Assembly (NCBI GenBank): GCA_029858305.1
Contig: JAOUFI010000007.1
Location: forward strand, 763-64,762
Direction of reading: 5' to 3'
Length of the DNA stretch: 64,000 nucleotides
Source of the DNA: Candidatus Thorarchaeota archaeon
GTDB taxonomy: Archaea > Asgardarchaeota > Thorarchaeia > Thorarchaeales > Thorarchaeaceae
Positions 10,376 to 19,565 of this stretch are shown piece by piece. The notes below the pieces were generated by a model. It was not told the DNA's origin, searched no databases, and saw only the letters and a list, made by a program, of their open reading frames with translations. Position 1 is the first letter of the stretch, and every line of letters starts with the position of its first letter. Made by a program: the position numbers and the translations under genes.

Positions 10376-11122
10376 TTAGATTGCCTCCCGCAGTTTCTTT
10401 CCAGTGAGCTTTAGGAATACTTCTTCCAAGTTCTTTGCTTGATGTTTTTGCATGAGTTCTTTCGGAGATCCGATTTCAATCAAGCTGCCTTCATCGATGA
10501 TGGCTACTCTGTCGCAAAGCTCCTGAGCTTCTTCCATGTAGTGAGTGGTCAGGATGACTGTCTTACCTCTCTCCTTCAGTTCGCGAATGAAGTCCCATAC
10601 TGCACGGCGAGATTTCGGATCCATTGCAACAGTTGGTTCATCTAGAAGAGCAATCTTTGGATCGCTGATGAGTGCCATGAGCATACTGACTCGACGAATC
10701 ATTCCTCCGCTGTACTTCTTTGCACGTCTATCAATATGGTCCTCCATCTCGATCTTCTCGACCATAGTGTTGAGCCGTTCTTTTAGGACATCCTTTGGAA
10801 CGAGATGCATATCTCCCATGAGGATGATGTTCTCTCTTCCAGTGAGATGTGGATAGAATGCTGGCTCCTGAGGACAGACACCAATCACTTCCCGAACTCC
10901 CTCAGGATCAAAACCTACATCATGCCCATCAACGGTCGCTGAACCTTCTGTGGGCTCTAATAGCGTGTTAAGTATATTTACTGTAGTGCTCTTACCTGCA
11001 CCATTTGGTCCGAGGATACCAAACAACTCGCCCCACGCAATCTCAAGATTGAGATTATCGAGAGCAGTAATATCATCGAACCGTTTTGTAAGATTAGTTA
11101 TTTTAATCGCAGATTCGGACAT
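10376..11122 (-). CDS. ABC exporter ATP-binding subunit (DrrA-like)
   Basis: Walker A GPNGAGKS, signature YSGGM, Walker B LLDEP. Confidence 0.93.
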   Translation of the reverse strand: MSESAIKITNLTKRFDDITALDNLNLEIAWGELFGILGPNGAGKSTTVNILNTLLEPTEGSATVDGHDVGFDPEGVREVIGVCPQEPAFYPHLTGRENIILMGDMHLVPKDVLKERLNTMVEKIEMEDHIDRRAKKYSGGMIRRVSMLMALISDPKIALLDEPTVAMDPKSRRAVWDFIRELKERGKTVILTTHYMEEAQELCDRVAIIDEGSLIEIGSPKELMQKHQAKNLEEVFLKLTGKKLREAI

Positions 11123-11146
11123 TGTTTTTCACTAGTATTTGCGTAA

Positions 11147-11210
11147 CATAGAATGAATATAAGGAGTGGACAATCTTTGAACTGCATTGTGGTCTGCGCC
11201 ACAAACTCGA
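11147..11210. repeat. 64-bp dispersed promoter cassette, copy A
   Basis: 59/64 identical to 56775-56838; contains a minus-strand TTATAT box and a TTGTGG-N6-CCACAA inverted repeat. Confidence 0.9.
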
Positions 11211-11227
11211 TTTTTGATTGTTTTCGA

Positions 11228-11255
11228 TGAATGTTTAAAGGTTCGTTTACATTCA
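11228..11255 (+). promoter_or_regulatory. Candidate operator straddling the TATA box of the dehydrogenase/kinase operon
   Basis: TGAATGT-N14-ACATTCA inverted repeat enclosing TTTAAAG, 27 nt before the start codon. Confidence 0.4.
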
Positions 11256-11282
11256 CAATATTTGCATTAGGAGTGAGTTGAC

Positions 11283-12281
11283 TTGAAAATCCTCATCACC
11301 GCACCATTCTCAGACTCTTGTTTAAAACAGCTTCAGAATGAAGGATTTGTTGTCGATTATCGCAGTTGGCTTGAGAGTGGCAAGCTACACATGGGCGAAT
11401 CCTTACTAGCAATCCTAAAGGATGGAAACTATGATATCGTGATTGTCGAGGGTGATGAAATCAAAGAGCCCATTCTTGAAAAAATCAGTTTCAAGTTAAT
11501 AGGAGCGGTACGTGGGGATCCAAACAATATCGCGGTTGAAGCAGCAACTGCCAAGAGGATTCCAGTTCTTGCCGTACCTGGTCGAAACACGATAGCCGTA
11601 GCTGAGTTGACAATGGCACTAATCCTCAACCAAGCACGTCATATCAAAAAAGCAGAGTTGTTACTAAAGGATGATTTCTTTGTTGATGACTTCAAGGACT
11701 TTGCAGATATGTACACAAAATTACAGGGCTTCGAGCTAAATGGTCGAGTTGTTGGAATAGTTGGTCTTGGGAGTATTGGTTTTGAAGTAGCCAAGCGACT
11801 CATCTCATTTGGAGTGAGTATTCTCGTCTACGATCCCTATGTACTTCAAGAACGGGTAGAAGCAGTTGATGCAAAGGTAGTTGATCTTGACACTCTTCTG
11901 AGAGAGTCTGATATTGTGACAATTCATTGTACACCCACAGAGGAAACCCGAAGGCTCATCGGTGCTAGAGAATTTTCTCTTATGAAGAAGACTGCCATTT
12001 TCATAAACACAGCAAGAGCATCAATAACTGATGAAAATGCGTTGCTAGAAGCCCTCAATGAAGGAACCATTGCGGGTGCTGGACTAGATGTATTCTCTAT
12101 GGAGCCCGTAGATAGTGATAATATATTCCTTGAATTAGAAAACGTCACAGTTATGCCGCATATGGGAAGTAACACTCTTGAAACAATAGAACGACAATCC
12201 AGAATCATCACTGATGCGATTATTGAATTTGCGCAGAGGAAGAGACCTAGAAATATTGTAAATCCGGAGGTGTTTGACTAG
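11283..12281 (+). CDS. D-isomer-specific 2-hydroxyacid dehydrogenase (SerA/YoaD-like)
   Basis: GxGxxG (GLGSIG), INTAR, LDVFSMEP and PHMGS catalytic motifs. Confidence 0.9.
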   Translation: MKILITAPFSDSCLKQLQNEGFVVDYRSWLESGKLHMGESLLAILKDGNYDIVIVEGDEIKEPILEKISFKLIGAVRGDPNNIAVEAATAKRIPVLAVPGRNTIAVAELTMALILNQARHIKKAELLLKDDFFVDDFKDFADMYTKLQGFELNGRVVGIVGLGSIGFEVAKRLISFGVSILVYDPYVLQERVEAVDAKVVDLDTLLRESDIVTIHCTPTEETRRLIGAREFSLMKKTAIFINTARASITDENALLEALNEGTIAGAGLDVFSMEPVDSDNIFLELENVTVMPHMGSNTLETIERQSRIITDAIIEFAQRKRPRNIVNPEVFD

Positions 12282-12283
12282 AG

Positions 12284-13783
12284 ATGACTGTTGCCGCTAT
12301 TGATGCTGGCACAACTGGTGTGCGTTGCAGTATAATTGATTTAACTGGAAAGGTTCTAGGAATTGGAAGAGAATCATGGTATTACATAACTCCAATCGAT
12401 TTAGAGATTGCAAAGGAATTTGATCCAGAGCATTTCTGGCACCTGACCTGCAAAGTCATCAAAAAAGCGATCAAGACTTCTGGTGTAAAGCCCTCTGATA
12501 TCTTGTCTGTGGCTACAACGAGTCAAAGGCATGGTTGCGTCTTTGTCAATAAGGAAGGAAAGGAGGTCTATTGTGGTCCAAACATTGACGCACGAGGAGC
12601 TATGACTCAGTATATCATCGAGGAAGCACTTGGTGAGAAGTACCACGAAATCACAGGTTGCTGGCCGCCTCTCATGTTTTCCCCAGCGCGCCTCTCATGG
12701 TTTGAAGAGGAGGAACCTGAGATTTTTGAATCGATAGCCCACATACTACCTCTTAATGATTGGATAACCTACAGACTTGGAAATATCTTCGTTACCGACT
12801 CCTCAGCAGGAAGTGGTACGGGTTTCATGGATATCAGAACTAGTGAGTGGAGTGATGAAGTAGCAGATGCAGTTGGTATTGATACTGATATACTGCCAGA
12901 AATTCAAGAAACTGGAACAGTAGTAGGTGAAGTGACCGCAGAGGCTCACAAGGCTTGTGGATTGCCCAAGGGTCTTCCAATTGCTCAAGGTGGGGCGGAT
13001 ACCCATTGTGCACTGCTGGCGAGCAATACTCTGCCAGGAGAAATAGTTGTAGTTGCTGGAAGTACTGCTCCTGTGATGATGATTATAGATGACCTTTATT
13101 GCGACCCGACGCAGAAAATTTGGACTGGATGTCATATGATTCCAGGTCAATGGGTGCTTGAGAGCAATGCCACTCTGACAGGTGCATATTTAGAATGGGT
13201 AGTCAGATTACTCTGCGAACGTGCAAATGAACCTGAGAATTGCAAGCGAGCGACTCTCAATAATCTTGATGAGATCCTCGAAGATATTCCTCCTGGAAGC
13301 AATGAAACATTTGCTGCACTAGGTCCAAGCATCATGGACTGTCAACAGATTACTGATATCAAACAAGCAAAGATGGTTTTTCCGCAGCCTGCGTTACCCC
13401 AAGTGATTCCCCTCAACTCTGCAAGAATGATACATGCAGTCCTTGAGAATATTGCTTATGCTGTGAGAGGCAATTGTGCCCAACTGGAGGCGTATCGAAA
13501 AGCAAGTTGCTTCAAGACTATTGGAGGTATGACTCAGTCGCGCGTATGGCCTGATATGCTTGCCAATGTCCTTGGGCAGCCTGTGAACACTCCGCTTCAA
13601 CCAGAAGGCAGTCTGCTTGGAGCTGCAGTATGTGCTGCCAAAGGTGCTGATCATTATCCAAAGTTGATGGATGCAGCCAAGGCAATGGTCCAATGGAAAC
13701 CACCATCCAATCCTGATTATCGCGCAGATTTATACAAATCCTACTTTTCCAAATGGTCAACCATGTTTTGCGAAGGTGAGTGA
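12284..13783 (+). CDS. FGGY-family carbohydrate kinase (LsrK/YoaC-like)
   Basis: IDAGTT, EFDP, TSQRHG, NIDAR, GGADT, GGMTQS motifs. Confidence 0.88.
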   Translation: MTVAAIDAGTTGVRCSIIDLTGKVLGIGRESWYYITPIDLEIAKEFDPEHFWHLTCKVIKKAIKTSGVKPSDILSVATTSQRHGCVFVNKEGKEVYCGPNIDARGAMTQYIIEEALGEKYHEITGCWPPLMFSPARLSWFEEEEPEIFESIAHILPLNDWITYRLGNIFVTDSSAGSGTGFMDIRTSEWSDEVADAVGIDTDILPEIQETGTVVGEVTAEAHKACGLPKGLPIAQGGADTHCALLASNTLPGEIVVVAGSTAPVMMIIDDLYCDPTQKIWTGCHMIPGQWVLESNATLTGAYLEWVVRLLCERANEPENCKRATLNNLDEILEDIPPGSNETFAALGPSIMDCQQITDIKQAKMVFPQPALPQVIPLNSARMIHAVLENIAYAVRGNCAQLEAYRKASCFKTIGGMTQSRVWPDMLANVLGQPVNTPLQPEGSLLGAAVCAAKGADHYPKLMDAAKAMVQWKPPSNPDYRADLYKSYFSKWSTMFCEGE

Positions 13784-14421
13784 GAGTGTACGAAGATACA
13801 AAGAAAGAACTTTTGGACATCTGTATGCAAATGCTAACAAATGACCTAGTGATTGGTTCAGCAGGTAATGCTAGTGTTCGTGTGGATGACCATGTTGTGA
13901 TAACACCTAGCTCCATCCATTACTCTGAGATGAGTAGCGACGACATGGTTGTCCTCGATTTGAATGGTACCGTCCTTGAAGGCACTAGAAATCCTAGCAT
14001 CGAACATAAGATGCACCTCGCGCTTTACAACACACGAGAGGATGCTAAGGCAGTAGTACATACCCACAGTTTGTATGCCTGCGCAATGGCAATTCTGAAT
14101 GAATCGCTCCCTCCGATTATTGATGAAACTATAACTAAACTTGGTTCAGAGATTCGAGTCAGTAAATATGCAATGCCCGGCACAAAAGACCTTGCAACAA
14201 ATGTTCGAGAAGCAATGGAAGATAGAAGTGCTGCGCTCATTGGCAATCATGGTGCTGTATGCATTGCTAGGACAATGAAAGAAGCTCTACACCTAGCCAT
14301 CCTGCTTGAACGAATTTGCAAGATCTACATGATTGCCAAACAAGTTGGCACTCCCATTCATCTTCCTGAGGAAGTTGTTGAAGACGAGCAAGATGTATGG
14401 GAAATGATGAGGGATTACTGA
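13780..14421 (+). CDS. Class II aldolase (FucA-like)
   Basis: GNASVR, ITPSS, PSIE, VVHTHS, NHG metal-binding motifs. Confidence 0.9.
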   Translation: MRVYEDTKKELLDICMQMLTNDLVIGSAGNASVRVDDHVVITPSSIHYSEMSSDDMVVLDLNGTVLEGTRNPSIEHKMHLALYNTREDAKAVVHTHSLYACAMAILNESLPPIIDETITKLGSEIRVSKYAMPGTKDLATNVREAMEDRSAALIGNHGAVCIARTMKEALHLAILLERICKIYMIAKQVGTPIHLPEEVVEDEQDVWEMMRDY

Positions 14422-16203
14422 ATGTCTGGTTTTCATGGTAAGATATTGGTTGCGGATCTCTCTAAGATGGAAACAAGGTCAATTACAGTTGATAAACGGA
14501 TTTCCACGCTATTTCTAGGAGGTAGTGGGTATGCAAGCCATCTACTGTACGAATTATTAGATCCGGTCTCTGATCCCCTTGGTCCCGATAATATACTCCT
14601 ATTCATGACTGGCCCCTTGGCAGGCACTCTTGCTCCTTGTTCTGGACGTCATGTGGTGTGTGGGAAGTCTCCCATCACAGGGCAGTGGGGGGAATCCCAC
14701 TCTGGTGGGCATTTTGGAGCCAAATTGAAAGCCTCAGGATTTGATGGCATACTGGTCACTGGAGTATCAGAAATTCCCTTGACTCTCGATGTGAGCGATG
14801 GGATAGTTTCCCTTCACACTGCAGAGCATCTATGGGGTATGACGACTGAAGAAACCCAAAAGGCTCTGAAGAGTGATCAGGGACGAATACAGGCTGCTTG
14901 CATAGGTCCTGCGGGTGAGAATCTTGTCAAATTTGCCAGTATCGTAAATGACGAACGTGTTGCAGCACGATGCGGTTTGGGAGCTGTTATGGGTTCTAAG
15001 AAACTCAAAGCCATCACTGTTTCTGGGTCTCAAAGTACGCCTCTAGCTGCACCTGACGAGTTCAATGAGTTAGCACGTTCATCATCAAAGATTCTGGGTG
15101 AAGCCATGTCTATGCTCCGAGACCAAGGTACTGCAATGTACATTGACATCGGAATGATGTTCAATGATGTTCCAATCAAGTATTTCCAAGAGATTGAGTT
15201 CAATGACGCTGACCTCATTAATGCAAAATCGCTCGGCGAAATACTTACAGGAAGGAGTGCATGCCACTCGTGCCCAATTGGATGTGGAAGAAGAGTAACA
15301 CTACATGAGTACAATCTGGAGAACATTGCAGGACCTGAATATCAAACTCTTGCCGCATTTGGAACCAATCTCATGGTATCCGATCTAAAGAAAATCGCAA
15401 TCATGAACAGATTATGCAATCAATATGGAATGGACACTATTAGTTGTGGTAGTACAATTGCTTTTGCTACATATCTTTGTGATATAGGGAAAGCAGACTA
15501 TGGTCTACGATGGAATGACCCTGATGCGGTCATTGAACTAATTCATGCAATAGCTAGACGACAAGAGATTGGAAACATGCTTGCTGATGGATCGCTAAGT
15601 CTTGCCAAGTCACTTGGAGCCGAAGATTTGGCACTTCATGTCAAGGGCCTCGAAATCCCAAATCATGATCCTCGCGCCTTTTCAGGAATGGCAACAATTT
15701 ACACTACGGCGTCTAGAGGAGCTACGCATCTCGAAGGTGATATGTATAGTGTTGATATGGGCGCTGATGTACGAGAGCTTGGAATAACTAGTGGTGATCG
15801 ATTGGAAAACGAGGGAAAAGGGAGGATTGCCGCTCGAGCTCAGGACTTCAGAGCGTTCTGTGATTCTGTCATTATATGCCACTTTGCCATAGTTCCGCCA
15901 AGGACCATAATTGAACTTCTAAATCTAGCAATAGGAACTTCCTATCAAATTGACGACATTCTTCGAATCGGTGCACGTGCTGTTACAATGAAGCGACTGT
16001 TTAATTTACAGTGTGGTCTTAAGCCTCAAGACGAGCGATTGCCTAAGACCCTTCTTACTCCTCATGCCAAAAGTGTTACAGATGACTTCGTACCAGATGT
16101 AGATTCTCAGCTGCAAGATTATTACGAGTATCGAGATTGGGACCGAGGTACAGGCAAACCGAGAGATGGAGCTCTGCGTGAATTGAAAATTGATGTTAAC
16201 TAG
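14422..16203 (+). CDS. aor: Aldehyde:ferredoxin oxidoreductase (tungstopterin)
   Basis: GPAGENLV, GLGAVMGSKKLKAI, CHSCPIGC, GMDTISCG motifs. Confidence 0.92.
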   Translation: MSGFHGKILVADLSKMETRSITVDKRISTLFLGGSGYASHLLYELLDPVSDPLGPDNILLFMTGPLAGTLAPCSGRHVVCGKSPITGQWGESHSGGHFGAKLKASGFDGILVTGVSEIPLTLDVSDGIVSLHTAEHLWGMTTEETQKALKSDQGRIQAACIGPAGENLVKFASIVNDERVAARCGLGAVMGSKKLKAITVSGSQSTPLAAPDEFNELARSSSKILGEAMSMLRDQGTAMYIDIGMMFNDVPIKYFQEIEFNDADLINAKSLGEILTGRSACHSCPIGCGRRVTLHEYNLENIAGPEYQTLAAFGTNLMVSDLKKIAIMNRLCNQYGMDTISCGSTIAFATYLCDIGKADYGLRWNDPDAVIELIHAIARRQEIGNMLADGSLSLAKSLGAEDLALHVKGLEIPNHDPRAFSGMATIYTTASRGATHLEGDMYSVDMGADVRELGITSGDRLENEGKGRIAARAQDFRAFCDSVIICHFAIVPPRTIIELLNLAIGTSYQIDDILRIGARAVTMKRLFNLQCGLKPQDERLPKTLLTPHAKSVTDDFVPDVDSQLQDYYEYRDWDRGTGKPRDGALRELKIDVN

Positions 16204-16216
16204 TAACTAGCAGTCT

Positions 16217-16555
16217 TTACGTCTTTAATAAACGCTGTAATTTCATCAGGTCCTTTGCAGGTCCTTCTGCTTTTATTTTTCCACTCATGAATGCGCGCAT
16301 TGCTGAGAGATTTCCTGCAAGTATATCGATGATTGTCTTACTATCAGTTTTGATGGTCATATTGGGTTCTTCAATTGTGCGCATCTCAACAGTGCCTTTT
16401 CCATTCTCAAAGATGATTGCTACATCTTTTCCAAGATCATCAAATGACATAAGCAAGCTCTTACTATAGTTCACAAAGTGCTTCTGTATCTTAGGGTCTT
16501 CAGCTCTGTCAATCATCTTCTGTAATGTCAAGAGAATCTCATCATCTGTTACCAC
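16217..16555 (-). CDS. Second stand-alone SCP2 domain protein
   Basis: MRAFMSGKIKAEG...LMKLQ SCP2 C-terminus; shares DPKIQ..F..Y.K.L with 7774-8106. Confidence 0.82.
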   Translation of the reverse strand: MVTDDEILLTLQKMIDRAEDPKIQKHFVNYSKSLLMSFDDLGKDVAIIFENGKGTVEMRTIEEPNMTIKTDSKTIIDILAGNLSAMRAFMSGKIKAEGPAKDLMKLQRLLKT

Positions 16556-16668
16556 AGGTCCGTCTCCATAGTTGTATGCATCTTACAAATGAAATGATAA
16601 TAGAAAAGTCTGTCGAGTTTAGTCCTCTTCCGGTAGATTATTCCGTGGTTCACTATCGGGATTGTTGG

Positions 16669-17604
16669 GTGTGTGCCTTACAAACAATATTCGACACTGC
16701 TGCACAGTTTGGTCTGTTCTATGGACTCATTGTACTTGGCTATGTCATAGCAAAGGTATCAGGGAGGGGAAAAGTAATCAATAAACACCTCACATTCATA
16801 CTGATTTATCTACTAATCCCTCTCCTCTTCATTTACACCTTACTCACAGCATCTCCAGACACGCTGCTAGACATACCCCTCATTGTTGCTTTGGTATTAT
16901 TAGTTCTCCTTCTGGGCCCTGCTTTTATGTATATCCGACTATGGAAGCGCGATATTGATGATTCAACAAAAGGTGTTTTCTATCTCTGTGTCACTTTCAA
17001 CAATGCTCTTTTCATACCATTGCCTTTGGTCTTGATGTTCATCGGTAGCGCTGGGATTCCAATCATCATCATTTTCTCTCTCACACAGATGATCCTTCTA
17101 GCAACACTGGGTTCGTTTATGGGAGCTATTTATGGTAGTAAGACATCGCAGTTGTCTAGAATTGCGAAGGATGCACTCACATTCCCTCCCTTTATTGCAG
17201 CGATTATAGCATTAGTCCTATTCACAGCTCAAGTTAGATTGACTGGAGACCTTGCTTCTGTATTTTCGTTCGCAGGTCCCTTGACAACGTATCTTGCACT
17301 GATCTCTGTTGGGGTAAGCATAGGAGTACGATTCTCTCTTATTGATATCAGAGCTGCCTTGGAAGTCGTTGGTATACGACAGCTATTGGTGCCTCTAATC
17401 ACGATACCAATCATTATTCTTTCTGGACTCTCGCACGTGACCACCTCAATTATTATTCTTGAGGCTCTAATGCCTCCTGCTGTTCTCACTGTTGTTTATG
17501 CTACAAGCTTTGAGCTTGATGCTGAAAAAGCTGCAACAATAGTGACCGTTGGGACACTCTTCCTCCTACCAATCATTCCATTTGTATCGATACTGCTTGG
17601 CTAG
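16669..17604 (+). CDS. AEC (auxin efflux carrier) family transporter
   Basis: About 10 TMs, FNNALFIPLP and EALMPPAV motifs. Start is uncertain (in-frame GTG 16669 chosen because the ORF-track start overlaps the divergent SCP2 gene). Confidence 0.8.
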   Translation: MCALQTIFDTAAQFGLFYGLIVLGYVIAKVSGRGKVINKHLTFILIYLLIPLLFIYTLLTASPDTLLDIPLIVALVLLVLLLGPAFMYIRLWKRDIDDSTKGVFYLCVTFNNALFIPLPLVLMFIGSAGIPIIIIFSLTQMILLATLGSFMGAIYGSKTSQLSRIAKDALTFPPFIAAIIALVLFTAQVRLTGDLASVFSFAGPLTTYLALISVGVSIGVRFSLIDIRAALEVVGIRQLLVPLITIPIIILSGLSHVTTSIIILEALMPPAVLTVVYATSFELDAEKAATIVTVGTLFLLPIIPFVSILLG

Positions 17605-17668
17605 TTGTATGCTCAATCTGAAGGCATATATTGGCTTTAAATCGATAAAAAAATGAGTTGTATTAATC

Positions 17669-17983
17669 TTGGATGAACAAGAATCAAAGAAAGATCCTAC
17701 TAAGATCAAAGAGTCTCTTGATGATATAGTTCACAAGCTGGAACAAGACAGCTCTTCAAGTACGAGTTGGGGCGATTTTATCACTTCCAATAAAGAAGAT
17801 TGGGAAAACATTAAGAAACAGATTCAAGAACGGCAGAGAGCATTGAAACAGCTTGTGACTGATAAGAAAGCTGGATTGGTAGGAATTAACGAATTTGAAA
17901 CGAAATACAGAAAGTTGCAGGATGAGCTTGCTGAACTGGAAATAGCTGTCTATAACCGTCGCCTCGGTACAAATGTCAAATAG
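17669..17983 (+). CDS. Small charged helical/coiled-coil hypothetical protein
   Basis: 104-aa ORF fills the gap; heptad-like C-terminal half. Confidence 0.65.
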   Translation: MDEQESKKDPTKIKESLDDIVHKLEQDSSSSTSWGDFITSNKEDWENIKKQIQERQRALKQLVTDKKAGLVGINEFETKYRKLQDELAELEIAVYNRRLGTNVK

Positions 17984-17994
17984 ATATTATCGCG

Positions 17995-19047
17995 CTACTC
18001 AGCTCTGGCTCTCTGAATCAAAAGAATCGTTTCAATTATTATGATGATTCCGAGAACCGATATGAGCGCAATCAATCCAATATTCACGCTCTCATTCACA
18101 ATGCCTCCTGATCTCCCCTCTATTCCTGAAACAAGAGCTCCAAGATTAAAGGTCATCATAGAGAAGTAATCCGATTCCGGATAGAAAATCGTCTGCCACC
18201 AAATCAGTGTTCCTCCGTAGTCTTCTTGAAGTTGGTAGGCGTATTCTCCTCCTGCCTTAAATTGTGAAACATCAGAACCAAGAATGAGTTCCACTGTACC
18301 ATTTCTAAGAGCAGTTTGGACCTCTAGAAGCTTCGCTCCAGATATCGTGATATCCTCGACCTGAAGGACAGCATCGCATGGTATCCCGAATGTTTCTGCG
18401 ACATATGCTTCAGCAGGAGAAACTACTATTGCTCGCATATCTGAGTAACTGTGAATTTCATCAAGAGACTCTACGAGCGACTGGAGATTATCCATTTTTT
18501 GGGTAAAGGAGTCAAAGTTAGAAGACCACGAGTCACTGAGAGTTGAGTTCAAGACCGAGAGTGCTGCTCGCGTGGCATTTGCTATAGCTATTGCATTCTT
18601 TGGGAGGAGCCAGTATGCATGAGGATTGCCACCAGTTCCTTCAAACTCTATGCCGCCTGGTAAGGGTGAAAGTCCGGCTCCAAAATTCTCGTATTGCTCC
18701 CAAGCATCCTCATCCTGAAATGATATGAAGGGTTTGGCTGTCTGATTGGCAATATCCTTCTCCCAATGGAAATGTCCTGTGAAAACAAGCAGATCTGCTG
18801 CTTCTGCAGCAGCTATAATTGCAGGATTGACCGTAAAGGCGTGCGGGTCCGTCTGCTGTTCTAGAAGAATTGATATACTTACCAACGCTCCTCCAATTTC
18901 TTTAACGATTCCTGCAAGTGATGGTACTGATACAGCAACTTTGTGTATAGGTTGCACTTGCGCTTTAACCGGCACAGTAGTCCAACTTAGCACTAAAGGA
19001 GCAAAAAACAATACAAGCAGGAGCAATGTAGCTTCTTTGTGTTTCAC
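17995..19047 (-). CDS. Metal ABC transporter solute-binding protein (ZnuA/TroA-like) with C-terminal TM anchor
   Basis: Signal peptide, DPHAF and NPHAYWL His ligands, C-terminal hydrophobic helix. Confidence 0.88.
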   Translation of the reverse strand: MKHKEATLLLLVLFFAPLVLSWTTVPVKAQVQPIHKVAVSVPSLAGIVKEIGGALVSISILLEQQTDPHAFTVNPAIIAAAEAADLLVFTGHFHWEKDIANQTAKPFISFQDEDAWEQYENFGAGLSPLPGGIEFEGTGGNPHAYWLLPKNAIAIANATRAALSVLNSTLSDSWSSNFDSFTQKMDNLQSLVESLDEIHSYSDMRAIVVSPAEAYVAETFGIPCDAVLQVEDITISGAKLLEVQTALRNGTVELILGSDVSQFKAGGEYAYQLQEDYGGTLIWWQTIFYPESDYFSMMTFNLGALVSGIEGRSGGIVNESVNIGLIALISVLGIIIIIETILLIQRARAE

Positions 19048-19166
19048 ACTCTCTCACCAAAACATCAAATGGTGTAGTACCTCGGTCTGCTCTAACGCTC
19101 TTTCTGAAACGTTATTAAGGATTGTGAAATAGTTACTAACTCGATTAAGGTCGATAGGTGTTAATA

Positions 19167-19565
19167 ATGCCCATTGTTGCTATCTCAATGTCTGATTCCG
19201 ATCTAGATGAATTGGTATCCCTCCAAAAAGAAGGGCGGTTCTCAAATAGATCGGAGGCAGTTCGACATGCGGTACAAAAATTGCTTTCAGAACATCGAAG
19301 TCTTGAACATGTTCAGGGACCAGTAACCGCAGTGTTTACCGCCATCTACTACAAATCGGGACAAGGCCATGGTATCAGTTCAGTACAGCACCAATTTAGA
19401 GATCATATTACTGCGACAATCCACGCTCATACCACTGATGACAACTGTGCTGAGGTGATGATTATGGATGCAGATGCAGAAGTTGTCCGTTCCTTCTTCA
19501 AGAAACTCAGATCACAAAAGAAAGCGCTACGAGTTGAAGTCAACTTGATTGGGGGTGGCAGTTGA
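19167..19565 (+). CDS. nikR: NikR-family ribbon-helix-helix metal-responsive regulator
   Basis: NRSEAVRHAV RHH motif; QH...HAH...NCAEV metal ligands. Confidence 0.82.
   Translation: MPIVAISMSDSDLDELVSLQKEGRFSNRSEAVRHAVQKLLSEHRSLEHVQGPVTAVFTAIYYKSGQGHGISSVQHQFRDHITATIHAHTTDDNCAEVMIMDADAEVVRSFFKKLRSQKKALRVEVNLIGGGS

Noticed and set aside
11147-11210. 64-bp repeat as a fluoride or other known riboswitch, CRISPR repeat or IS end
   Set aside because: It lacks those consensus motifs, has only two distant copies, and shows no spacers, target duplication or transposase.
16525-16668. ORF-track N-terminus of the AEC transporter
   Set aside because: It overlaps the start of the divergent SCP2 gene and looks non-coding; a downstream start is more plausible.
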